A stretch of DNA of 64,000 bases from the IMG/VR virus record IMGVR_UViG_3300018432_000002, positions 1 to 64,000 of that record; one strand, written 5' to 3'. Both the position numbers and the translations under genes were made by a program. Of this stretch, positions 51,495 to 59,913 are shown piece by piece (position 1 is the stretch's first letter; each line of letters begins with the position of its first letter). The notes under the pieces were generated by a model that did no database searches, was not told where the DNA came from, and saw nothing but the letters and a program-made list of their open reading frames with translations. The DNA comes from a virus.

Positions 51495-52314
51495 CTGGTC
51501 GCTTGTGCCATGCCTGGTAGCGCTGCGGTCCGAGGTCAACACCCTCGCGCCGGGGCGAGACAAAGGCAGCGACGGAGCCGTCGGCGATCTTCGGCACCAG
51601 GCGACGAAGTCAGACCACAACCCGGACTCCCGTGGCTGGGTACACGCTCTGGACCTTGACAAAGACCTTCGCAAGCCGGGCTGGCCGATGGACCGGATCG
51701 TGCAGATCCTTGTCACCCGCTGTCGAGCCGGTCTCGAAGATCGCATCCAGTACATCATCTGGAACGGCCGGATCTGGTCACGCTCGTGGGGCTGGACCGC
51801 CCGCACCTACACCGGACCGAACCCGCACGACAAGCATGCACACGTGTCTGCCCGTGACCTGGTCGCGCTCGAACAGAACACCCGCCCGTGGGGGCTGCTG
51901 GCCGCCGCACCCGCCAAGCAGGAGGACGACGACATGACCACCAAGGCCGAGTTCACGACCTGGCTCAAAGACCCCGATGTCCGCAAAGCCCTCTGCTCCG
52001 CCGTCCTCGGCACCGACGGCGTCCTCGCCGCACCCGGCAAACCCGCACCGGGCAAGAACGCGGACGGCTCCGAGGTCAACACACATTGGGCTGGGGTGTC
52101 GTGGCTCGAACAGATCTACGCCCACGTGCTGGTGCTGCGGCAGTACGCCGGCCTCGAAGCCGCCGAAGTCCCGCCCAGCGCCGCGCAGAACGCCGCCGCG
52201 GTCATCGAAGCCCTCGGCGCAGGCGATCGGACGCCCGTGCAGATCGCTGACGCTCTGCGGGCCGCGCTCGGCACGAAAGCAGCCGACGTGGGGCGCATCC
52301 TCGCCTCCATCTAG
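51487..52314 (+). CDS. endolysin candidate: LAS-type zinc peptidase (M15-like) N-domain + C-terminal domain
   Basis: KSDHNPDSRGWVHALDLD and NPHDKHAHVS (H-x-D...H-x-H arrangement); sits upstream of the holin-like genes. Confidence 0.6.
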   Translation: MASWSLVPCLVALRSEVNTLAPGRDKGSDGAVGDLRHQATKSDHNPDSRGWVHALDLDKDLRKPGWPMDRIVQILVTRCRAGLEDRIQYIIWNGRIWSRSWGWTARTYTGPNPHDKHAHVSARDLVALEQNTRPWGLLAAAPAKQEDDDMTTKAEFTTWLKDPDVRKALCSAVLGTDGVLAAPGKPAPGKNADGSEVNTHWAGVSWLEQIYAHVLVLRQYAGLEAAEVPPSAAQNAAAVIEALGAGDRTPVQIADALRAALGTKAADVGRILASI

Positions 52315-52350
52315 CTCCAGCAGAACACTGCGCCATCACGGGGGACGGCC

Positions 52351-52875
52351 ATGCATGATCCAGGTGAACTCCAGCATGACCTCGACAACCTGCGGCACAG
52401 CCTCGCATCAGTCGGCCGAGACCTGACCGACCTGACCGAGCATCAGCGCCGCTCCACCACCGGCAGGCTGTCGCTGCTGCACATCCACGCCATCACCGCT
52501 GTGCTCGTCGGCGGCGCGGTTATTGCGAACGGGCCGGCCGGCATCGCAACACCTGCGTACGCCGGCATCCGGATAGTGCCGGGCGCCCCGTTCACCGTCG
52601 GTGCCGTCTTGGTCATCCTCGGCCTGGTGCTGGGTGTCGCAACGTGGCGGCGCCACGTCCAGACGGAGATGGTTGCCGCCGCAGGCATCGTGATCTGGTA
52701 TTTGATGTTCGCGACCAGCTTTGCCGGAGCCATGATCGCCTGGCAGATAAATCCGGACGGCCAGAAGCCGTCTTGGCAGGGCATGTTTTCGTACTACGGA
52801 TGGGCGGCACTACTTATCGCCCACCTGCGCATCCTCACCTGGGTGCGCGCCACCCGGGTTCGGGTAAAGAAGTGA
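52351..52875 (+). CDS. holin candidate (4 TM membrane protein)
   Basis: Four hydrophobic segments, basic C-terminus, position after the lysin. Confidence 0.55.
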   Translation: MHDPGELQHDLDNLRHSLASVGRDLTDLTEHQRRSTTGRLSLLHIHAITAVLVGGAVIANGPAGIATPAYAGIRIVPGAPFTVGAVLVILGLVLGVATWRRHVQTEMVAAAGIVIWYLMFATSFAGAMIAWQINPDGQKPSWQGMFSYYGWAALLIAHLRILTWVRATRVRVKK

Positions 52876-53450
52876 CAGCAGCACCAGCGCTGGAAAGCAC
52901 CGTCTGGATTCCAGCGCTGATCGTTCTGGCCGGCACCATCATCACAGCGGGGTTGGGTTTCTTGGGCACAGTGCTGGTGAAGCGGATGTCCCGCTCGAGT
53001 GAGACGGCGACGGCCCGCCGCATGGAGGCGGAGGCCCGCAAGCTCGAGGTGGAGGCGGGGGTGTTGACGGAGCGGGAACGCGACGACGACGCCGACCGGG
53101 ACCTGGCCCGCATGCAGAAAACCCTCGCGTTCGCGTTCGACACGCTGGACCGGCTGACGCAGCAGGTCGCCGCCCAGTCGGCTGCCTACGACCAGCTGGT
53201 GGCACAGGAACGCGCGGACCGGACGGCGCAGTTCGCGGCGCATGTGGAGTCCGCGGACCAGCGGATCAGTGCGTTGCAGGAGCAGGCGGACCGGCGGTTC
53301 GAGTTCATGCGTTCCGAGGTGCAGGAGCTGCGCGAGGAACTCGGGGCGACCCGGACCAGGATCCGCGGGCATAGGCCCTGGGACGAGAAGGTCGCGAAGA
53401 TGGTCCGCGACAACTTGGACCACGAGTTCCCCGACCCACCTGACCTGTAG
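52872..53450 (+). CDS. N-terminally anchored coiled-coil protein (lysis accessory candidate)
   Basis: GTGA coupling; TM WIPALIVLAGTIITAGLGFLGTVLV, then charged coiled coil. Confidence 0.5.
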   Translation: MTAAPALESTVWIPALIVLAGTIITAGLGFLGTVLVKRMSRSSETATARRMEAEARKLEVEAGVLTERERDDDADRDLARMQKTLAFAFDTLDRLTQQVAAQSAAYDQLVAQERADRTAQFAAHVESADQRISALQEQADRRFEFMRSEVQELREELGATRTRIRGHRPWDEKVAKMVRDNLDHEFPDPPDL

Positions 53451-53461
53451 GGGGTGCGGTC

Positions 53462-53698
53462 GTGGGCATCCAGTTTGAGGAGCATCTGGCTGGCCTGGTC
53501 GGTCCGGGCCATTCGACGTCCAGCCATTACCTGCTGGGCTGGTGCGCGAAGTGCCCCGGCTACTCCCACGTGCAGGAATGCGATGCGTGGCGCAGGTGGG
53601 CGATCAGGAACGTGCCTGAAGTGATGGATCTGATCGGGCCTGGTGTTCGGCTGCCTGCTTCAACTCCTGCCACATCCCTGGTCCGCCCCGGCGCCTGA
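53462..53698 (+). CDS. hypothetical protein (uncertain)
   Basis: GTG start with G-rich RBS. GC3 is high only in the first two thirds; the 3' end overlaps the reverse gene. Confidence 0.35.
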   Translation: MGIQFEEHLAGLVGPGHSTSSHYLLGWCAKCPGYSHVQECDAWRRWAIRNVPEVMDLIGPGVRLPASTPATSLVRPGA

Positions 53699-53903
53699 TC
53701 CATGACGTGACGGCGTCGCAGGCCTGCCGTTCACTGTGCGCCGCCCATGCCTGGTTGCGGCCATGCTCGGCGCGGGCGGCGAACCATGTGCCGTCGATGG
53801 TTTGGCCGAGCCCGATGGCGGCATGGCCGATCTCGCCGGGTTGGCCTCTGATCCACCAGCGGTGAACAACGTGTTCGACGGACCCCAGGTCGATGCGCTG
53901 CAT
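53604..53903 (-). CDS. hypothetical protein
   Basis: High GC3 across the reverse frame; ATG 53903 within ORF 53604..53960. Confidence 0.5.
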   Translation of the reverse strand: MQRIDLGSVEHVVHRWWIRGQPGEIGHAAIGLGQTIDGTWFAARAEHGRNQAWAAHSERQACDAVTSWIRRRGGPGMWQELKQAAEHQARSDPSLQARS

Positions 53904-54085
53904 GCCCGCATTCTGGCGGCGGGGTCTGACATCTTTCCGGCCTAACCTTTCTTTGATCATGGCCGGATGGAACCTTACGGCCGATCCTTTTGATCCACAT
54001 GAAATCCGGCAGCTGAATCTCTCGCCAAAGCCGACCTACTTCAAAACCGCCCTTGCGGCGGCACTCAACCCTGCAAGGAGCACCC

Positions 54086-54457
54086 ATGGACTCGATCGTC
54101 TTTCCCACGTTGCCGACCTACCTGTTCGAGCCGTCGCTGGCCGGCGTCCTCAGCCTCGCGCTGACCGTGATCCTGCCGCTGCTCGCCGCCGTGCTGATGC
54201 GCTCCAACTGGGGCAGCTTCAAGAAGGGGCTCGTGCTTCTGGCGATGGCTGCAGTGAAGGCATTCCTCGAGGCGTGGATCGGCTCCGTCGAATCCGGCGA
54301 GTTCTTCGACTTCGCTCGCACCGCCTACAGCGTCCTCATCAACTTCGGCATCGCGGTGATCTTCTACTTCGGCATCCTCAAGGGATCCGACATCCAGAAG
54401 TCGGCGCTCAACTCCGGCGTCCAGCCCAAGACCATCGACGGTCACGTCGTCAACTAA
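54086..54457 (+). CDS. integral membrane protein (3-4 TM)
   Basis: AAGGAG RBS before ATG 54086; hydrophobic segments LAGVLSLALTVILPLLAAVL, LVLLAMAAV, VLINFGIAVIFYFGIL. Confidence 0.6.
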   Translation: MDSIVFPTLPTYLFEPSLAGVLSLALTVILPLLAAVLMRSNWGSFKKGLVLLAMAAVKAFLEAWIGSVESGEFFDFARTAYSVLINFGIAVIFYFGILKGSDIQKSALNSGVQPKTIDGHVVN

Positions 54458-54472
54458 CCGGAAAGGCTCCCG

Positions 54473-54793
54473 TTGAGCTTCGACAACTGCGCCCAGGCAT
54501 ACGACGCCGGCCAGTCACACATCAAGAAGACCAGCCCGCTGTACGCCAAGCATCTCGACCGCGACCGGGACGGGATCGCCTGCGACAACCCGCCCGAAGG
54601 GTTCGTCGCCAAGCCTGCTGTGACGAAGACCGCGAAGCCGCAGCCGACCGCCACCACCACAGCGCAGGCCGGTGTCGGCACCGCGGACCGGCTGCCGGTG
54701 ACCGGGCCTGGCGAGGTCGGGGGTGTCGCTGCGCTGCTGCTGGTTATCGGCGTTGCTGTTCTTGCGGTGACCCGGCGCCGCCGTCGTTCCTGA
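54473..54793 (+). CDS. Excalibur calcium-binding domain protein with LPXTG cell-wall sorting signal
   Basis: FDNCAQAYDAG...LDRDRDGIACD (Excalibur); LPVTG + hydrophobic stretch + RRRRRS; TTG start with GAAAGG RBS. Confidence 0.75.
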   Translation: MSFDNCAQAYDAGQSHIKKTSPLYAKHLDRDRDGIACDNPPEGFVAKPAVTKTAKPQPTATTTAQAGVGTADRLPVTGPGEVGGVAALLLVIGVAVLAVTRRRRRS

Positions 54794-54863
54794 TCCACCG
54801 CACCACCCATGATCACGCCGGTCGGCGTTTTCGTCCCCAGCGTCCCGCCGACCGGCGTCTAGC

Positions 54864-54907
54864 AGCCCGTCCTCCGCCTCACGCGGAGGACGGGCTCTTT
54901 TTGTTTG
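54864..54907 (+). terminator. rho-independent terminator
   Basis: 14-bp stem AGCCCGTCCTCCGC/GCGGAGGACGGGCT, 5-nt loop, then CTTTTTGTTTG. Confidence 0.85.
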
Positions 54908-55030
54908 TGCGTTTCGGGGCCGCTTGGGCGACCCCTATCTAGCGACTATTCGGAAAGAGGCGATAGCCCTACGTTTGTGTCGTTGCCGAGGAAACAGCTC
55001 GGACCACCACCTAATAGGAGAACCATTCTT

Positions 55031-55606
55031 ATGTCGCTGTACCAGGACGAGACCGCATTCATCGCCGCGAAGACCGCCGAGGCCGAGAAGATCGCTGCCG
55101 GCGCCGCGAAGAAGAAGTCCCGCAAGATCTGGGCGTTCGCCGCCGTCGGCACCGTTTTCGCAGGTGGCGCCGCGTTCGCCGCCGTGCAGCTGTTCGGCTT
55201 CGGCACCCTCGACCAGGGCCCGGCCACCATGAAGAACCTCGCAGTCGCCAGCCCGAAGCTCACCGGGTCGCTGGTTCCCGGCCAGTCTGTCGGCGGTTCG
55301 GTCGACGTCGGCAACGAGAACGACTTCCCCGTCAAGGTCACCGGTGTGATCATCCAGGACTCGAGCCTGCAGGTCAGCGGTGACGGCTGCGACCCGGCCA
55401 GCCTCAGCCTCAACGGCAGCGCGGCCACCTACCCGGGTCAGAACGGTGGACCCGGTCACCAGATCAACCTGACCACCCCGATCACCCTGAACCCGGGCGA
55501 GGGCAAGACCATCACCGTGCAGAACGTGGTGTCGCAGAACGCCGGTGCGACCAAGCTGTGTGGCGTCAAGGCCAACTTCGCGGTCGTCGCGTCCGTGGGA
55601 AACTGA
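55031..55606 (+). CDS. signal-anchored/secreted beta-sandwich protein
   Basis: AGGAGA RBS; TM IWAFAAVGTVFAGGAAFAAVQLF, then a beta-rich domain with a Cys pair. Confidence 0.65.
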   Translation: MSLYQDETAFIAAKTAEAEKIAAGAAKKKSRKIWAFAAVGTVFAGGAAFAAVQLFGFGTLDQGPATMKNLAVASPKLTGSLVPGQSVGGSVDVGNENDFPVKVTGVIIQDSSLQVSGDGCDPASLSLNGSAATYPGQNGGPGHQINLTTPITLNPGEGKTITVQNVVSQNAGATKLCGVKANFAVVASVGN

Positions 55607-55720
55607 CCCGGCCTGCCGCACTTGCTTTAACCGGCGGACGCCCGTCGCTCCTTCTGGGGGCGGCGGGCGTCGCCGTCGTTGTGGCGGACCTACTCCTGTA
55701 CCGAACACCCCGGAAACGGC

Positions 55721-55756
55721 GATGAGCGCCAGTCCCGGGACCTGGACTGGCGCTCA
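55721..55756. other. 14-bp perfect inverted repeat (hairpin/operator candidate)
   Basis: ATGAGCGCCAGTCC-8 nt-GGACTGGCGCTCAT read directly, in the intergenic region upstream of the PadR-like gene. Confidence 0.6.
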
Positions 55757-55860
55757 TCTGTGCCGTTCAAACCATCCACCTGCTACAAGCGTAGGCAGCA
55801 ACCAAGCGAACCGGTGTCGGTCGTGCGGGCGACCCCGACTGGGTGCCTACGGGAGGCCTC

Positions 55861-56256
55861 GTGTCTGAGATCAAGTTGACGCCGTCAACCCAGGCGGTTC
55901 TGCAGGCCATCTGGGGCGGCTACAACTGGGGCGTCGCCATCATCAAAGAGTCCGGGGTGTCCATGACCACCGTCTACGACACCCTCCGGCGCCTACGCAA
56001 GGCAGGCTGGGTGACCGAACAGCTCGAACCCGTCGAACTGATGCACGAACTCGGCCGGCCGCGGCGGCGCATCTACCACCTGTCCCCCACCGCCCTCGAG
56101 GCACTGGGCTGGACTGAGAACGTCGCCCTACCTGCTGGCGTTGCTACGCCGCCGCCCCACATCGATCAGCCAACGGCGGAGCTGGACTTCATCCTCGACG
56201 CTCAAGTCTACGAGACCACCGGCGGCGTTGATCCAGACGGTTCCGCCGGGTCGTAG
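55861..56256 (+). CDS. PadR-like winged-helix transcriptional regulator
   Basis: ...VYDTLRRLRKAGWVTEQ...GRPRRRIYHLSPTALEAL; GGGAGG RBS before GTG 55861. Confidence 0.65.
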   Translation: MSEIKLTPSTQAVLQAIWGGYNWGVAIIKESGVSMTTVYDTLRRLRKAGWVTEQLEPVELMHELGRPRRRIYHLSPTALEALGWTENVALPAGVATPPPHIDQPTAELDFILDAQVYETTGGVDPDGSAGS

Positions 56257-56336
56257 CCCTGCACGCAGCTGCCCGCCGTCAACCGGGTCACCCACGACCA
56301 GTTCCCGCGGCGAGTGCCGCTCATTCGTCGGCCGGG

Positions 56337-57143
56337 TCACCGGACGCCGCCAAGCATGGACGCTGCCGCAAACCCGATCGCGGCCATCAAAGCGACCACC
56401 ACGGTCTCGGTGCGAGATCCGGTGCGGAACCGCAGCCACCTCGGAGCTCCCACCCGGGCCCAGCGGCAGCCACGGATCCGAGCCGGCCAGAGTAGCGGCA
56501 CTCGCGAATAGGTGAGCGCGTCGCCGAGGCTGTGTGCCAGGCATCCCCAGCCGACGGCCAACCCGAGCCACCAGCCGATCTGCTGGTCGGCGACCAGGGC
56601 GACAGCGAGCAGCCCGACGAGGGCGGCGCCGACGGCCGCGGTGAACCGGAAAGCCGTCCTGTTGAGCCGCCGGAACTTGCCCGGCAGGATCAGGTCGCCG
56701 AGCTGGGCGCGAACTTTGGAACTGAGGGCGGTGTGGGCGAGCAGCCACACCGCGAACCCGATCACCGCGAGGGCGAACCCGCGGCCGGCCAGCAGGACGC
56801 CTGCCGTGACGGCGAGACCGGTCGTCAGCGCACCTGCAGCGGTGTGGGTCAACCCGCGGTGCCCGCCCGATTCGGGATCTCGGCCGCAGTGGGTGCAGGA
56901 CACCTGCTGGCTTTGTCGGGCCACCCACACCACCGCTGCCGACAATCCTCGGGTGATCGGGCCGAGCGTGCGTGACACGGTCGAGCCGGGGTGGTCAAGG
57001 TCGGGCAGCAGCGCCAGCCCGGCGGACACTGCGGCACCCATCCAGACGGTGGCCGGTTCGAGGTCGACGCCGCAGGTGGTGAGCACTGCCGAGCCGGCCA
57101 GCCAACCGACCGCCCCGGACAGGGCATGAGATTTCCCCATCAC
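56337..57143 (-). CDS. YdjM-family membrane-bound metal-dependent hydrolase (DUF457)
   Basis: SHALSG...LLPDLDHPGS...HRGLTHT...HSLGDALT motifs and multiple TM segments. Confidence 0.75.
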   Translation of the reverse strand: MMGKSHALSGAVGWLAGSAVLTTCGVDLEPATVWMGAAVSAGLALLPDLDHPGSTVSRTLGPITRGLSAAVVWVARQSQQVSCTHCGRDPESGGHRGLTHTAAGALTTGLAVTAGVLLAGRGFALAVIGFAVWLLAHTALSSKVRAQLGDLILPGKFRRLNRTAFRFTAAVGAALVGLLAVALVADQQIGWWLGLAVGWGCLAHSLGDALTYSRVPLLWPARIRGCRWARVGAPRWLRFRTGSRTETVVVALMAAIGFAAASMLGGVR

Positions 57144-57172
57144 CGGGCATCACCGCGCAGATCGTCATTCAG

Positions 57173-57185
57173 CGAACGAGCGTTT
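57173..57185. promoter_or_regulatory. weak LexA/SOS-box-like element CGAAC-GAGC-GTTT upstream of the YdjM-like gene
   Basis: Partial match to the Gram-positive CGAAC-N4-GTTCG consensus, 30 nt upstream of start 57143. Confidence 0.2.
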
Positions 57186-57196
57186 ACCCTGATCGC

Positions 57197-57457
57197 ATGG
57201 TCACGGTGCAGCTGCGCGACGAATCCAACCCGGAACGGCTCCTGATCGACCACATCATGCTGCCGTTCGAACCGAAACTCGGCACCCCGATCTACGTCTT
57301 CGACCGGTTCGAGCAGGCCAAACTGAGCTTCTTCAGCTTCCGCAGCAAAGGTAAACAGCGCTGCTACATCGCCACCGAAGTGCTGCAGTACGAGATCTCC
57401 CTCGACGACCCTGCCCAGTCCGGGATCGTCTACCTGGCCCGCGAAGTTAAGCCGTAG
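57197..57457 (+). CDS. hypothetical protein
   Basis: 86-aa ORF, convergent with the translocase gene (stops 1 nt apart); somewhat A/T-richer. Confidence 0.45.
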   Translation: MVTVQLRDESNPERLLIDHIMLPFEPKLGTPIYVFDRFEQAKLSFFSFRSKGKQRCYIATEVLQYEISLDDPAQSGIVYLAREVKP

Positions 57458-57458
57458 C

Positions 57459-59504
57459 TCACGCATCCGCGTCCACCTCGACCAGCACATACGCGCCGTG
57501 CCCGTCACGCTTCACCGCACCGAACTCGTCCATCAGCTCGTCAAGGATCTGATGGACTCGCCGCACCGAATAGCTGGTGGCCTCAGCGATCGGGGTCGGT
57601 GATGTGATGCCCACCTTCACCGCGTCGAGGACTTTGCGATGCCCGTCGTGCATCTGCCGGGCCTGCACCTTCTGCGTCGCCGGATTCCACACCGGGAACT
57701 CCGCCACCGCAGGCAGGTCCCCCAGCCCGGCGGCGCCGTCTGTGCCCCTGGCCGCTGCGAAGATCCGGTCAGTGTCACCACCGATGTAAGTACCGTTGCG
57801 CCGTTCCTTGACTCGGCGCCGGATCTCCTCACGGGCCATCTCCGCGAGTTGCGCGCGCATCAGGTACACCACGCCGGCGGCGTTGCCGGAGCCGGTGTCC
57901 AGCGACCGCCACCGGATCTTCGCGGGCCACTCCTTGCGCTGATCGTTGGTCAGTTCGTACGCCCGGAACGGCGCGTCCCGCCCGCCGGAGTCGCCGGCCA
58001 CGAACCGGCCGTAGCCGGGCAGCTCGGGGAACTGCGACGGGTCGTCGTCGACTTTGAACACCTGCCGGGCGTTCGCGTCCATCGAACGCATCATGATCCC
58101 GTTGCCCATGAGCAGGTTCGAACGGATCATCTCGGCGGCGTTGCCTGCCCCACCGAACGCACCCAGCGTGGACTCCTGCGTCTCGAGGATCTCGGCGACG
58201 CCGACCTTCTGCCCCTCACGGGCGATCTGCATGATGATTTTCTGGAGACCTTCCCACATCTCTGGGTTCTCGGCCTTCATCAGCGGCTTGTGGCACTCCG
58301 AAAGGATCAGCAGGAGACCAGGCCGGTCCTCACGTGGCGTGAACCCGATCAGCTCCTCAAGACCGTTCTCGTCCTGCCGCAACTCCATCACCAGCTGCGC
58401 CGCGGCGAACTGGGTGCAGATCTGCTCGTGGGTCTGCGCACCCCAATCGGAGTACTTCATCAGCGTCGGGCTCGACGAGTTGCCCTGCCCGTCGCCGTAC
58501 CAGACCACCGTCGGATAGTCCTCCGACGCGGCCACACTCATGGCGATGATCTCGATCAGGCGGGTCTTCCCGGCGTTGCTACCGCCTTGGACGAAACCGC
58601 CCTTCATCCGCTGATGCTCGAGGTTGTACACCGTCCACGAGGCGGTGCCCTCACCGTCGACGTACGGGCCGAGCCGCACCTTCCCGTCGACGAACACCGA
58701 CGGACCGGGCCACTGGTGCGAGTCCTTGATCTGAGGTTTCGTCACCACGGTCAGCAGAACCGCAGGCTCCTCGAGAACGGGGTGCCGTTCGGCGATGACG
58801 TCCTGCTCGATGGTCAGGCCCAGCCCGCCGCGGACAAGGATCATCACCGACATAAGGGCGGCGATGGACTGCTTGCCGGGGACGAGGCGCAGCACGTACC
58901 GCCAGCCGGCTTTGACCTGTTCCGGCGATTCGAGCCGCGAACCTGCGAGGGTGCCGTTCGGGCAGCCGAGGTACTTGTCCCAGCGGGCGGTGTACCGGTC
59001 CACGGTCGGCTCAGCCTGGCTTTCCGCGACGGGGGTGGCCGGGGTGCTGTTGGGGATGCGGTGCTTGCGCCACCAGTGCAACGACAGCGCCGACCCGAGA
59101 GCGGTCAGGATGCCGACGGCGTTCCAGGACAGCCCCCACGCCGTGGTGGTGGTCAGCCACGTCGCGGCGACTGCTACGAACGCGAGGCCACGGTGCAGGC
59201 TTTTGCGGTCATCGAGGCGCTTACGCATCTGGTGCGCGGCGACAACGGCGACCACCACGCACACCGCGGCGGTCCCGCCGAGGATCTCCGCGTCATTGGT
59301 GCTCGCGGTCTTCGCCGCGTTCAGGGCGGCCGACGCCAGTACGAGCAGGCCCATGCCGGCGAACGGCGCGACCTGCTTCTGCACGCCACGGGTGTGGGTG
59401 TGGGCGGTCTGCGCGTAAGCCCGGTAGCGGACGGCACGCTGCCGGTACGTCTCGGGAGGCTGCGGCGTCGCCTGAGTCTTCGAGTTGGTCTGCTTGGTCG
59501 GCAT
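57459..59504 (-). CDS. FtsK/SpoIIIE-family DNA translocase (TraB-like)
   Basis: N-terminal TM helices, Walker A GGSNAGKT, Walker B LLLILSECH, C-terminal wHTH-like region. Confidence 0.9.
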   Translation of the reverse strand: MPTKQTNSKTQATPQPPETYRQRAVRYRAYAQTAHTHTRGVQKQVAPFAGMGLLVLASAALNAAKTASTNDAEILGGTAAVCVVVAVVAAHQMRKRLDDRKSLHRGLAFVAVAATWLTTTTAWGLSWNAVGILTALGSALSLHWWRKHRIPNSTPATPVAESQAEPTVDRYTARWDKYLGCPNGTLAGSRLESPEQVKAGWRYVLRLVPGKQSIAALMSVMILVRGGLGLTIEQDVIAERHPVLEEPAVLLTVVTKPQIKDSHQWPGPSVFVDGKVRLGPYVDGEGTASWTVYNLEHQRMKGGFVQGGSNAGKTRLIEIIAMSVAASEDYPTVVWYGDGQGNSSSPTLMKYSDWGAQTHEQICTQFAAAQLVMELRQDENGLEELIGFTPREDRPGLLLILSECHKPLMKAENPEMWEGLQKIIMQIAREGQKVGVAEILETQESTLGAFGGAGNAAEMIRSNLLMGNGIMMRSMDANARQVFKVDDDPSQFPELPGYGRFVAGDSGGRDAPFRAYELTNDQRKEWPAKIRWRSLDTGSGNAAGVVYLMRAQLAEMAREEIRRRVKERRNGTYIGGDTDRIFAAARGTDGAAGLGDLPAVAEFPVWNPATQKVQARQMHDGHRKVLDAVKVGITSPTPIAEATSYSVRRVHQILDELMDEFGAVKRDGHGAYVLVEVDADA

Positions 59505-59583
59505 CGCTGCCTCCCTCCTTCACATGGTGAGGCCCGGCCCTCGGAGGCTCAGGGGGTGAGGGCCGGGCCGGTACAGGGTTGGG

Positions 59584-59913
59584 TTACTCGTTGGTGTTGG
59601 CGTGCTTGTTCGCCGCGTTCGGGCTGGCCGAGTACGCCTCGGCGACGGGCATGTTGTTCTGCCGCACCCCGTCCGCGGTCATCTGCCACCAGTCACCGGC
59701 CGCCTGCGACTGCGCCATGGCCTGCTGCACCAGATCGACGTCGGACTGGCCGACCTCCATCGTGTTCAGCGACCCGGCGAACCCTTCGTTGCCGGCGACC
59801 TGACGGTTCTGGTTGGCGACACCCTCGAGGTAGGCGATCAAACCCCGAACACTGGTGATCTCGTCGTTGGACTGGGTGGCGGGCTGCGTCATCGAGGTCT
59901 CCTCGCTGCTCAT
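59584..59913 (-). CDS. hypothetical helical protein, paralogous to the C-terminus of the upstream gene product
   Basis: ATGA coupling at 59913 (alternative ATG 59892); shared ending V.EAY.A.P.AA.K. Confidence 0.55.
   Translation of the reverse strand: MSSEETSMTQPATQSNDEITSVRGLIAYLEGVANQNRQVAGNEGFAGSLNTMEVGQSDVDLVQQAMAQSQAAGDWWQMTADGVRQNNMPVAEAYSASPNAANKHANTNE

Larger units (their letters stand above)
1..53450 (+). mobile_element. siphovirus-type temperate phage / prophage genome segment (early, morphogenesis and lysis modules); left end lies outside the window
   Basis: Co-linear + strand modules: replication genes, TerS/TerL, portal, capsid, tail tube, G/GT chaperone frameshift, tape measure, lysin/holin. 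Confidence 0.9.

Noticed and set aside
53736-53945. 69-aa plus-strand ORF
   Set aside because: It is antisense to the better-supported reverse gene 53604..53903 and lacks an RBS.
54905-55030. N-terminal extension of ORF 54905..55606
   Set aside because: It starts inside the terminator T-tract and is A/T-rich with no coding bias. A good AGGAGA RBS precedes ATG 55031.
56128-57129. ORFs 56128..56928 (-), 56512..57129 (+) and 56532..56975 (+)
   Set aside because: They are alternative frames over the YdjM-like gene with low-complexity Arg/Pro/Gly composition. The 56337..57143 frame has the family motifs and TM helices.
57639-59858. 739-aa plus-strand ORF
   Set aside because: It is antisense to the FtsK/TraB-like gene. 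It is extremely Arg/Pro/Gly/His-rich with no motifs, while the minus-strand frame carries Walker A/B motifs.
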